Positions 38,040 through 46,575 of a stretch of DNA of 64,000 nt are shown one piece after another (position 1 is the first letter of the stretch; each line of letters starts with the position of its first letter). The stretch is from positions 62,001-126,000 of the IMG/VR virus record IMGVR_UViG_3300033997_000478. One strand, given 5' to 3'. The notes below the pieces were generated by a model. The model saw only the letters and a program-made list of their open reading frames with translations. It made no database searches and was not told the DNA's origin. The position numbers and the translations under genes were made by a program.

Positions 38040-40343
38040 ATGATCATGGCAAACAACAAGATTGCAACTTCCCTTGCACGCGCGATGGCTGCTACCCATC
38101 GCGTGTCGATGGAAGCCAGCACCGATGCCGAGCAGGGCAAAGATGCTGAAATCACCGACAAGGAGCTGGACCAGGTCAACGCCGAAGCCAGCGCCGAAGT
38201 CACCGATCCGGCGACCGATGAAACCGCCGGTGCTACCAACGACGATGGCGAGCTGCCGCCGAGCGATCCGGCTGCTGAGCCGACCGCTGAAGAAGGTGCT
38301 GCGACCGATGTGGCCGCTGACACCACGCTGCCGCCGGCTGAAGACGCTGGGAGCGACACCGAAGAGGTGCCGGTCGATCAGATCCAGACCCCGGCTGAAG
38401 AAGAAGCCGCCGCACTGAGCGAAGAAGATCCGACCGCAGGCGCTGAAGCCAATGCCGAGATCGAAGCAGCCGACCTGGGTTCGGACCCGGCCGCTGCGCC
38501 GGCAGCGACTGCTGATGCTCCGGTGGAGGGTGATGTGACTGCTCCGGCCGCCGATGGTGCCGATGCGATCGCCGTGGATGCAGGTGCCGAAGCTGCGGTG
38601 GAACCGGCTGCGGATGTGGCTGCCCCTGCGCCGGCAGAAGGCGTGGAAAGCACCGGTACCCCGGAAGCTGCCGAGGGTGGCGACGTCCCCGCTGTCGTGA
38701 GCGAAAGCGCTCCGGACAACAGCGAGCAGACCACCAGCGAACCGGCTGAAGGTGCGCAGAAGGAAGCCAGCGAACCCTCGCAGGCCGCTGACGCCTCCGA
38801 AGCTGTGGCAGAAGTGGTTGAGGTCGTCGAAGCGGCTGCTGAAGCCCAGTCGGCCGAAGACGTGCTCAAGCAGGTTGCAGGCATCAACGAAGGTCTGAAG
38901 GATCTGCAGGGCACCGCCGAGTTCATCAACGAACAGGGCGGTGTGACCATGGAATCGATGGCCATGCTGACGCTGGCTGCCAACGCCTTCACCCATCACC
39001 TGGGCCGTGAGCCGATCAGCTTCGGTGTGACCATGGAGTCCTTCGAGGACGCCACCACCCGCAAGCGCGTGTCGCTGGAAGAGCTGCAGGACCTGATCAA
39101 CGAGCTGGACCTGAGCGAGCCGGAGCTGGAGCGCCAGGCGCTGCAGTCGATCGACCGCATGGTCGAAGGCCTGAAGGCGGCCATCCCGAGTACCCGTCAG
39201 CGCCTGCTGGACGTGCTCTCCATCGCCTCGGCCACCGACGACAGCCGTGAAGGTGCGCAGGTCAAGATCGGCGACGGCATCGAAGGTGCCCTCTGCATCG
39301 ACGGTGCATTCCCGCAGGACGTGTCCAACGAGCTGCAGCAATACGCCGCGCTCGGTGAGACCATCCTGACCACCTACCAGGAAGCCGCTGTGCGCGCCGC
39401 CAAGGGCGCCTCGATGATCCTGAACAACCTGGACTTCACCAGCCTGACCTCCTTCTGGGAAAAGATCGGTAAGGTCGTGGACAGCGTCACCGATCCGCGC
39501 ACCAACATCAGCCGTACCCAGATCGAGCGCCAGCTGCCGGGTGGCGTCTGCCTGTTCGGCGAAGCCAACATGACCCCGGAAGTCCCCAACCCGGTCCTGG
39601 CCACGCTGTTCACCTACAACAGCAACTATCCGCCGCTGGAAACCGCGGTGGCGTCCAAGGGCGCGGCCAACGCTGAAGCCACCGGTCCGGCGCTGAGCGC
39701 TTCGAAGATCCAGCTGATCGGCAAGGCCTTCAACGAGCTGATGTGCTCCGAGCGCATCGATGCCCTGCTGGAGGAAGGCTCCAAGCTGTGGCCGGAAGCG
39801 GCCGACGCTGTGCGTCATCTCCAAGAGAACCTGGAGAACGCTCCGCAGGAGATCGCCCAGACCGCAGGCATCGACTTCAGCCAGCTGACCAAGTTCGTCA
39901 AGACCAACTACGCTCTGGCCACCTGGCCGCTGCTGAACTACCTGAGCAACCTGGTGATCACCGCCAATGCGTTCGTGCTCTACGCCGATCGCTCGCTCAA
40001 GGCAGAAGCACCGAGCGAAGTGGCTGACGTGAGCGAAGTCCTGCCGGCCGAGTCGGCCATCGCTGCACCGGCTGCCGATCCGGTCGTTGACGGCATTCCG
40101 CCGGCCGACCCGGCTGCCGATGCCGCTGTCGACCCGGCGGGTGCCGGCGACCTGCCGTTGCCGGAAGGTGGTGAGGAAGCTGCGACGGCCGATGCTTCGG
40201 CTGAAGGTGGTGAGCTGCCCGATGCCCCGGCTACCGATGCGGAGGCAGGCGCTGAGCCGCCGGTCGCTGACAGTGGTGATGGCGCCGAGCCGAAGAAGGA
40301 CGAGACCAAGCCGGAAGATGAAATTCCGGACCCGACCGTCTGA
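38040..40343 (+). CDS. Internal head protein with long Ala/Glu/Asp/Pro-rich propeptide and tail
   Basis: RVSME, VTME, VSLE sites; low-complexity acidic N- and C-regions. Confidence 0.75.
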   Translation: MIMANNKIATSLARAMAATHRVSMEASTDAEQGKDAEITDKELDQVNAEASAEVTDPATDETAGATNDDGELPPSDPAAEPTAEEGAATDVAADTTLPPAEDAGSDTEEVPVDQIQTPAEEEAAALSEEDPTAGAEANAEIEAADLGSDPAAAPAATADAPVEGDVTAPAADGADAIAVDAGAEAAVEPAADVAAPAPAEGVESTGTPEAAEGGDVPAVVSESAPDNSEQTTSEPAEGAQKEASEPSQAADASEAVAEVVEVVEAAAEAQSAEDVLKQVAGINEGLKDLQGTAEFINEQGGVTMESMAMLTLAANAFTHHLGREPISFGVTMESFEDATTRKRVSLEELQDLINELDLSEPELERQALQSIDRMVEGLKAAIPSTRQRLLDVLSIASATDDSREGAQVKIGDGIEGALCIDGAFPQDVSNELQQYAALGETILTTYQEAAVRAAKGASMILNNLDFTSLTSFWEKIGKVVDSVTDPRTNISRTQIERQLPGGVCLFGEANMTPEVPNPVLATLFTYNSNYPPLETAVASKGAANAEATGPALSASKIQLIGKAFNELMCSERIDALLEEGSKLWPEAADAVRHLQENLENAPQEIAQTAGIDFSQLTKFVKTNYALATWPLLNYLSNLVITANAFVLYADRSLKAEAPSEVADVSEVLPAESAIAAPAADPVVDGIPPADPAADAAVDPAGAGDLPLPEGGEEAATADASAEGGELPDAPATDAEAGAEPPVADSGDGAEPKKDETKPEDEIPDPTV

Positions 40344-40394
40344 TCAATGAGCATAGGCGGGGCCTTCGGGTCCCGCTTTGACAAGGAAACGAAA

Positions 40395-41804
40395 ATGTCA
40401 TTGCTCAAGATCACGCTGGAAAACATGGCTGCCGAACGGGCAGTCCAGACCATCCTCGATGAATCGCAGGGTGAGCCCGGCAGTGTCCTGGAAGATGTGG
40501 TTCATGCCGGTGAGATCGCCCGTATTGAAATCGCTGCTGACGACTACGACAACGCCGCTGAAGATGGCAACAACCTGGATGAAAGTCTGGGTGGTGTGAT
40601 TGCCGAAATCGAACGACAGAACAGCTTGGGCGGTTTGAGCATGGAGTCGATGGCACTAGCCCATCTGGCCCTGCGCGCCCATGGCGTCAAGCTTTCGATG
40701 GAAACCGATCATGTACTGCCGTCCATGGAATCGCTGACGGAAGAACGCACCTACGTCGACACCGACTACTTGCAGGGTCTACACGTCAGTATGGAAGGTG
40801 TCTTCACCGACATCGGTCAGCGTGCTGCTGCCGAGTTCATCCGTGCATTTAACCTGGCCTGGGTTCGTGTGTTGCGTCATCGTGCGCGACAGGCTAATCT
40901 GGCCAAGGATGCAGCAGCAGCTGGCGGTAACACCTCCAGCCCGGAGATGATCACCGCCGGTATGAAGGGTCTGCACCGTGACGGTCAGGCGCCCAGGGAC
41001 ATGCGCGAGTACATGTTCCAGTATCTGCGGATCATCAACTACATGGCAGGTAGGTTTGGCTCGGACGGGGAGAAGGCGGCAGAGGCCAACTTCAATGCAA
41101 TCCATCGCATGGGGGTGACCACTGAAACCAACCCGGCTCAGTTTGACAGCGCTTGCCAGAACCTGCTGAGCAGTTGGCGCGATCCGCGTTCGGCTCTGCC
41201 GGCCAACTTCTTCTACTTCAACGCGCCCGGTGGTAAGCGGCTGTTTGAGGATACCACACCCAACTACAAGGGCCGTGATAAACTCACTGTTGCTTTTGAC
41301 GACATCGCCACCAAGAACCTGCCGACTCGCATCGGCAGTCAAGGTACGGGTGTGAAGTGGGACGGTAGTGCAGCGCCGTGCATGTCCAACCGTGACATCG
41401 TGGTGGTGTGTAACGAGTTCCTGAAGGTGCTTCAGCGCATCTCTGCGCCCAGCGCAGCAGCTGCCTCGATTCGCTCCTTCGGTAGTATCGCGCTGCCGGT
41501 GGTGAGCCTGCTGGCGCCCTTCCTGAGCCATCGTGATGCTCGTGCCAAGTTTGCCATGGTAGGTGCAGTTGCCGTGGCACAAGGCGTGCGTCGTGCTAAC
41601 AACACCGCACCGGTCATCGATGCGGCCAGTCAGCGCGCTGCAGCTCGTTCGCGTATCAACGCGATCAGCCGAGCCGTCAACACCGTCTATGGGTTCCGCC
41701 TGCGGACCCAGATCGATGCGATCAGCAACCTGTTGTCGGTCAGTGGGGCATTCATGTCCTACGCCCAAGCCTGCTTGGCAGCCAATGCCCGTGCGGCAAA
41801 ATAA
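40395..41804 (+). CDS. Internal head protein, paralog family
   Basis: AAGGA RBS, ATG 40395; four SME sites; hydrophobic segment near the C-terminus. Confidence 0.75.
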   Translation: MSLLKITLENMAAERAVQTILDESQGEPGSVLEDVVHAGEIARIEIAADDYDNAAEDGNNLDESLGGVIAEIERQNSLGGLSMESMALAHLALRAHGVKLSMETDHVLPSMESLTEERTYVDTDYLQGLHVSMEGVFTDIGQRAAAEFIRAFNLAWVRVLRHRARQANLAKDAAAAGGNTSSPEMITAGMKGLHRDGQAPRDMREYMFQYLRIINYMAGRFGSDGEKAAEANFNAIHRMGVTTETNPAQFDSACQNLLSSWRDPRSALPANFFYFNAPGGKRLFEDTTPNYKGRDKLTVAFDDIATKNLPTRIGSQGTGVKWDGSAAPCMSNRDIVVVCNEFLKVLQRISAPSAAAASIRSFGSIALPVVSLLAPFLSHRDARAKFAMVGAVAVAQGVRRANNTAPVIDAASQRAAARSRINAISRAVNTVYGFRLRTQIDAISNLLSVSGAFMSYAQACLAANARAAK

Positions 41805-41809
41805 GACCA

Positions 41810-41847
41810 AGAATAGAAGGGGGCCGTGAAGGCCCTCTTCTTATTCT
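41810..41847. terminator. Intrinsic terminator
   Basis: AGAATAGAAGGGGGCC-GTGAA-GGCCCTCTTCTTATTCT extended stem. Confidence 0.7.
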
Positions 41848-42018
41848 GTCAACTTGGTGTTCACATCTACATAAAACCACATAACGGCGCAGGATCGTCT
41901 GGAGAAACCGACTGATCATCGGGGGATCCAGTCCATCTTGAGGAAACGCAACGACTTAAGATGGTTTGGGGGAACAGTTGGGGCTATCACACCAAACAAG
42001 TTCCGAGAGGCGAACACC

Positions 42019-42456
42019 ATGCGTAACATTGAACTTTTGACCAACCACGGTAACGATGCCCTGCGTGTCTCGGCCGATTACCCGTCCCGTCGCGGGATGC
42101 CTTCCCATCGCTATGTGATCTCGGGGTTCGATACCTCGGACAATGGCGCTGCGCGAAGCGGTGGTTTCATTCCTCGGTTCCAAGATGTTTCGATCATCTT
42201 GCAATCTGAGGGCGCTGCCAACGACCTGCGGCCGGATGGCGTCTCCAGTGACGCACTTCTGGCTATCGTCGAAGATCATCTCAGTGGTCTGCAAGGTGGC
42301 CCGGATGCATCGTTGAACAAGCAACTGGCGATCGAATACATCAGCCATGCTCGTCAACTGCTGGCAGAAGAAGCGGCGGCCCAGTCCTCGCACTATTCCA
42401 ACAGCACCCGCTGGGGTGGTTCCGAACGTCGAGTCGGTAGCCATCACAGCCTGTAA
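42019..42456 (+). CDS. Tad1-like (anti-Thoeris/CBASS nucleotide sponge fold) protein, divergent
   Basis: H.YVI ... IILQ ... DGVSSDALLAIVEDHLSGLQGGP matches the Tad1 pattern GV...LL.IV.DRL..FQ.GPF; GAGAGG RBS before ATG 42019. Confidence 0.65.
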   Translation: MRNIELLTNHGNDALRVSADYPSRRGMPSHRYVISGFDTSDNGAARSGGFIPRFQDVSIILQSEGAANDLRPDGVSSDALLAIVEDHLSGLQGGPDASLNKQLAIEYISHARQLLAEEAAAQSSHYSNSTRWGGSERRVGSHHSL

Positions 42457-42471
42457 CCAAACGTCATAAAC

Positions 42472-42498
42472 GCCCCACCGACGGGTGGGGCTTTATGC
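42472..42498 (+). terminator. Intrinsic terminator
   Basis: GCCCCACC-GACG-GGTGGGGC TTTATGC. Confidence 0.75.
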
Positions 42499-42521
42499 TG
42501 CCTCGTAAATGAGCAACAATG

Positions 42522-42545
42522 AAAAGAATTTCAAACCTATATTAC
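42522..42545 (+). promoter_or_regulatory. Putative early promoter
   Basis: AAAAGAATTTCAAACCTATATTAC, contains the exact phiKZ early motif TATATTAC. Confidence 0.75.
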
Positions 42546-42600
42546 TCTCCTGAACACTGGCAGTAAAAACCAGTCCACCAACCCTTGCAAGGAGAGTTAC

Positions 42601-43836
42601 ATGAGTACGCCCCATTCCACCTTCGCCGATGCCACCGAGCTCTTCGCCACCCAGGCCTTCATCTCCCATCTGGCCGATGCGGTCGAGGAGAATGTTCGCA
42701 AGGGCGATCTGCCCAAGGACATCATCGTCGCCGTTGACGGTGACAACTTGGTCAAGTTCTCCGGTGATAACTTCACCGTCAGCTGCACCAAGGTGATCGA
42801 CGATGTGCCGATCTTCGTCGTCCAGATCGCCTGCAGTCCGTCGCTGCGCGCCAAGCTCAAGGAATACCACACGCTGGAGTTCATCCACAAGCGTCTGCCG
42901 GAGTTCTTCAGCACCAGTGCTGAACAGCCCGACAGTGAGCACAACGTGCACGACATGCTCAAGGCCGCAGCGCTGATTCAGGGACGTACCATCCTCACTT
43001 CCACCTACCGCGAACCGATCGCGCTGCTGGCGGCGAACGAGCAGGATCATCATCGCGCGGTGCGTCGACTGAAGCTGGTCGAGGCAGAGTTCGAGGACAA
43101 GACCATCGTACTGGTCGGCGAGGATTTCCTGAGCACGCTCAAGTCAGCGCTGCGTGGTAGCGAAATCGAAGGTATCACCATCTCTGTCGATGACTTGGGT
43201 AACAACTACATCAAGTGGGAAACAGGTGAGGTGCATTTCCTCAAGGACGATCCGGGTATCTACACGGTCGACTTCTACACCAAGGCCGAACTGGCTTCGC
43301 TGACTCGCACCATCCTGCGCTCGCAGTACATTCAAGATACGCTCGCCCCGTACCTGCGCAATCTGCTGGATGACAACGCCGCCACCCAAGAGGTCTTGGA
43401 AGGACTGCGCAAGATCGCCCTGGCTGTCCCCACCGATCCGGAGTCCATCTCCGAACCCTTCTTCTTCCTGTACGCCAACCCGGCCGATGAGGCCACCATC
43501 CTGGAGCACCACATGAACAGCCATCACAAGAGCGAAGCCAACAACAACAACAACAACGACAAGCCGACCGCCGATGCCATCCGCGAAGCGGCAGGCGATG
43601 CGGTGGACACCGCCAAGAGCGGCATCGATCGCGCAGCTGAAGCCATCGGCAGTGCCGCCGAGAAGGTCAACGATGCAGTGCACGATGCACGTGAGCACGT
43701 GGCCGAAGCCCTGCTGAAGGAACCGACCTTCTTCGATCGCGCCACGCAGTTCACCAAGGACCACGCACGCGACATGGTCTTCGGCGCCATCGGCTTTGCC
43801 GTGGGCGTGGTTGCCACCACCATCATCAAGCGCTAA
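42601..43836 (+). CDS. Early protein with C-terminal membrane anchor (ElaB/YqjD-like tail)
   Basis: (AAC)6 poly-Asn linker, Ala-rich amphipathic repeats, terminal TM MVFGAIGFAVGVVATTII-KR. Confidence 0.75.
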   Translation: MSTPHSTFADATELFATQAFISHLADAVEENVRKGDLPKDIIVAVDGDNLVKFSGDNFTVSCTKVIDDVPIFVVQIACSPSLRAKLKEYHTLEFIHKRLPEFFSTSAEQPDSEHNVHDMLKAAALIQGRTILTSTYREPIALLAANEQDHHRAVRRLKLVEAEFEDKTIVLVGEDFLSTLKSALRGSEIEGITISVDDLGNNYIKWETGEVHFLKDDPGIYTVDFYTKAELASLTRTILRSQYIQDTLAPYLRNLLDDNAATQEVLEGLRKIALAVPTDPESISEPFFFLYANPADEATILEHHMNSHHKSEANNNNNNDKPTADAIREAAGDAVDTAKSGIDRAAEAIGSAAEKVNDAVHDAREHVAEALLKEPTFFDRATQFTKDHARDMVFGAIGFAVGVVATTIIKR

Positions 43837-43866
43837 TCGCGCCCGGCCGGTAAAAGTGGTGGAAGC

Positions 43867-43890
43867 AAAAAACTTTCACCACTATACTAC
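43867..43890 (+). promoter_or_regulatory. Putative early promoter
   Basis: AAAAAACTTTCACCACTATACTAC, third copy of the motif. Confidence 0.7.
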
Positions 43891-43955
43891 CACCGTGATA
43901 ACCCCTAGTGAAGATTCTTCGCTAGGTCCCTCAGCACCACAGAAAGGAGTGTGTC

Positions 43956-44108
43956 ATGCAAGACAACGTACAGTTCATCGATCGCAACGCCGAAGTCAAG
44001 GCGTACTGCAAGGCGCTGTTCGTCACCGCCCTGTGGGTTGGTGGGATCATCGCCATCCGCACGGCGATCACCAGCGGCTTCGACAAAGTCCTGGACAGCA
44101 CCAAGTAA
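43956..44108 (+). CDS. Small membrane protein (50 aa)
   Basis: AAGGAG RBS; MQDNVQFIDRNAEVKAYCKALFVTALWVGGIIAIRTAITSGFDKVLDSTK*; below the ORF-track cutoff. Confidence 0.7.
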   Translation: MQDNVQFIDRNAEVKAYCKALFVTALWVGGIIAIRTAITSGFDKVLDSTK

Positions 44109-44139
44109 TACCTCCCTCCGTCATACAAGGACCGCAGTC

Positions 44140-44295
44140 ATGTTCAACAAGAAGAAGACCGTCACCCTCGACGACCTGCTGCCGAAGAATAAAAACATGC
44201 GCTACTTCATCGGCACCTTCGGTTTCCTCTGCGCCATGGGTGCGGTGATCGAGATCACCAGCCGCACCACTGCCGCTGTCATCGAAGCGCTGTAA
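44140..44295 (+). CDS. Small membrane protein (51 aa)
   Basis: AAGGA RBS; MFNKKKTVTLDDLL...YFIGTFGFLCAMGAVIEI. Confidence 0.7.
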   Translation: MFNKKKTVTLDDLLPKNKNMRYFIGTFGFLCAMGAVIEITSRTTAAVIEAL

Positions 44296-44391
44296 ACCAT
44301 GGCCGCCAGCATACGCGCAGAGCAGCTGCTGGCGGCTGCTCTGCGTCACCAAGATGTACCACCAGCCCATTCCAACGAGAACGAGAACATC

Positions 44392-44781
44392 ATGAACAAT
44401 TCCGCCAACAAGAACGCCTCCGCCACTGCCGATGCCCTGGACGCTGCTGCCGACAACCTGCGTGCCACCGAAGCCGACCTGCAGCGTGCCCGCCAGGAAG
44501 AGCTGGATCGCCTGACCTCACTGCGTGACAGCACCAACGCCCGCATCCAGGAACTGCAGGGCGAGAACAAGAACGCTGCCAACCTGCTGGCCGGCGCGGC
44601 CGAGCCGAGCATGGGCCGTACCGTCCTGAAGTACATGACCGTCACCGCCGCCGCCGTCGGCGTGGGCGCCCTGGGCCTGTGGGCCTACGGTCGCTTCAGC
44701 GGTCGTGGCGTCGAAGAAGTGGTGCAGTCGGCCGGCGAAGCCGTCGCCAGTGCCGGTGACGCCATCGCCAACGCCGCCTAA
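44392..44781 (+). CDS. Coiled-coil plus transmembrane protein
   Basis: Start placed at ATG 44392; TM YMTVTAAAVGVGALGLWAY; very strong codon bias. Confidence 0.75.
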   Translation: MNNSANKNASATADALDAAADNLRATEADLQRARQEELDRLTSLRDSTNARIQELQGENKNAANLLAGAAEPSMGRTVLKYMTVTAAAVGVGALGLWAYGRFSGRGVEEVVQSAGEAVASAGDAIANAA

Positions 44782-44804
44782 GGCGAGCGCTGAGCAGTAA
44801 CAAC

Positions 44805-44830
44805 GCCCTCCACCCTTCGGGGTGGAGGGC
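44805..44830 (+). terminator. Intrinsic terminator, UUCG hairpin
   Basis: GCCCTCCACCC-TTCG-GGGTGGAGGGC. Confidence 0.75.
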
Positions 44831-44913
44831 TTACGCCGGTGGTCTTTTCTTTTTCTCTCCAGCGACCAGAGCGATGATATGACTGACATTTAGAACCCAT
44901 CCTAGGAGCACGT

Positions 44914-46575
44914 ATGCCCCGGAACGTCATCGACGTCCAGCAGACGTTTGACAACATCACCCGTCCGGTGGCTCTGCAAATCGCAGAGCGTCTGGGTCGG
45001 GTAATGAACCTGCCACCCAACACCAAACTGCTGTTGCCTGATGCAGCTGAAGCTGCGTTGTTCCCCAACAGCGAACTGGGTGCCAAGGACCCTGCTAACC
45101 CTGCCACCTTTGGCCACACCGATCAGCTGCAGATCGAGATCCAAGAAAACCCAGTGGAAGGTTTCATCCTCTCCACGGCGGTCCATCAGGTAGACCAGCG
45201 TGCTATCTTCTTGGACCCGGAACTGAAGATCCGGATCTGGCCGGTGAAGATGCCAAAGGAGTTGGCCTTCAACTTCGTGGCTCGTTTTCAGAACCGCACG
45301 CGCGCACGTCAGTTCCGCGATGAGATCCTCAACCGCACCTCTGCGTTGCGCGAAGGGATCATGCATGAGCTGGACTACTACTACCACGTCCCCAAGATCA
45401 TGCAGGAGCTGTTGGTACACCTGCACACGCTGCGTGAGAAGACTGCTGGCTACGGTGAGGACTACCCCACCTGGCTCACCAAACACATCACTCCCACTGC
45501 CACGGAGCTGACCGATCAGATCGGTTGGATCGGTGCACTGGCCGTGGCGGAAAAGCAGGTCTACGATCTGGGCCACTTCGACTTCACCGGCACCACCGAC
45601 CCGGAAGAAGTCGACAAGCGTTCCGGTACGTGGACGGTGAGCTTCGGCTACAAGCTGGTCTATGACCAAGTCACCCAGCTGGTGATGGAGTATCCGCTGC
45701 AAGTCCATCAGTCGCTGGTCGACTCGTTGTGGTACGGCCGCCGCTATGCTTCCGGTGAACTGGTCGATCCGGATCGCCGCAAGCGCACCCAGACGCACTC
45801 ACGTGAGGCGATGGACTTCTTTACCAACAGCTTTATCAATCGCTGCCTGGAGACCTACCACAGCGGTCTGACACTGCCGGAGTTTGATGAGTGGAAGCCC
45901 AAGTTCGCTGTCCCCAACACCTCCACGCTGTACACCGCCATGCTTGGTCTGGACCCCACGGCCCCGCGTTCGCTGTACAACCTGTTTGACGATGATCTGT
46001 ACGGCTACAGCCTCAGCCCCAGCCTACGTGAGTTCATGGAAGGGGAGGCGCCGTATGTGTGCCGCAAGGGCGCTTCGATCTTCGACCTGCGCCTGTACCT
46101 GAACGACGACCCGATGGACGACGGTTGCCTGCTGCTCGATGCCGATGGCAACGTCACCTTGAACGTAGTGCCCGACTTCCGTCAGCGCTACCATGTTCGA
46201 CTGGCCTTGGTCAATAATCTGTTCACCTTGAACTCTGAGGCACAGATGCGCTTGCGTTCGGCCGGGCAGGTGGGCATTGACATCCTGAACACGCTGCAGT
46301 GGAAGTTGCTGGGTAAGGCTTTCACCCCACGCCTGCTCGGTGGTCGGGTCATCTCTCGCGAAGACTTCGAGACGATCGCGCAGCGGATCAACGATCTGAA
46401 GGTGCCACACCGCGGGCCATTCGAATTCAACATCTTGACCGTCAACGAAGCGGTCATCATCGCCCATCGGAGTAACAATGTCGGCAATCATCAAACCCAA
46501 CCCAACGGCTCCGGCTCCGCTGGATCCGGTGCAGGTTCAGATCCATTCACCGATCCAGCGCCATGCTGTAGTTGA
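44914..46575 (+). CDS. Virion structural protein (phiKZ gp99-region, neck/tail-terminator-like)
   Basis: 553 aa; YP..VHQ, LPEFDEW motifs; synteny. Confidence 0.65.
   Translation: MPRNVIDVQQTFDNITRPVALQIAERLGRVMNLPPNTKLLLPDAAEAALFPNSELGAKDPANPATFGHTDQLQIEIQENPVEGFILSTAVHQVDQRAIFLDPELKIRIWPVKMPKELAFNFVARFQNRTRARQFRDEILNRTSALREGIMHELDYYYHVPKIMQELLVHLHTLREKTAGYGEDYPTWLTKHITPTATELTDQIGWIGALAVAEKQVYDLGHFDFTGTTDPEEVDKRSGTWTVSFGYKLVYDQVTQLVMEYPLQVHQSLVDSLWYGRRYASGELVDPDRRKRTQTHSREAMDFFTNSFINRCLETYHSGLTLPEFDEWKPKFAVPNTSTLYTAMLGLDPTAPRSLYNLFDDDLYGYSLSPSLREFMEGEAPYVCRKGASIFDLRLYLNDDPMDDGCLLLDADGNVTLNVVPDFRQRYHVRLALVNNLFTLNSEAQMRLRSAGQVGIDILNTLQWKLLGKAFTPRLLGGRVISREDFETIAQRINDLKVPHRGPFEFNILTVNEAVIIAHRSNNVGNHQTQPNGSGSAGSGAGSDPFTDPAPCCS

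Noticed and set aside
38100-38860. Ala/Glu/Pro-rich stretch as a tandem repeat locus
   Set aside because: Low-complexity propeptide with no fixed repeat unit or period
1279-39824. Very long antisense ORFs (e.g. 1279-3486, 3544-5997, 22439-24154, 32573-34885, 37998-39824)
   Set aside because: Shadow frames of strongly GC3-biased genes on the opposite strand; no motifs or RBS, and they mirror the real genes
41895-41950. Hammerhead ribozyme (CTGATCA ... GAAAC)
   Set aside because: The core reads CUGAUCA, breaking the C3-G8 pair, and stems I and III cannot be formed
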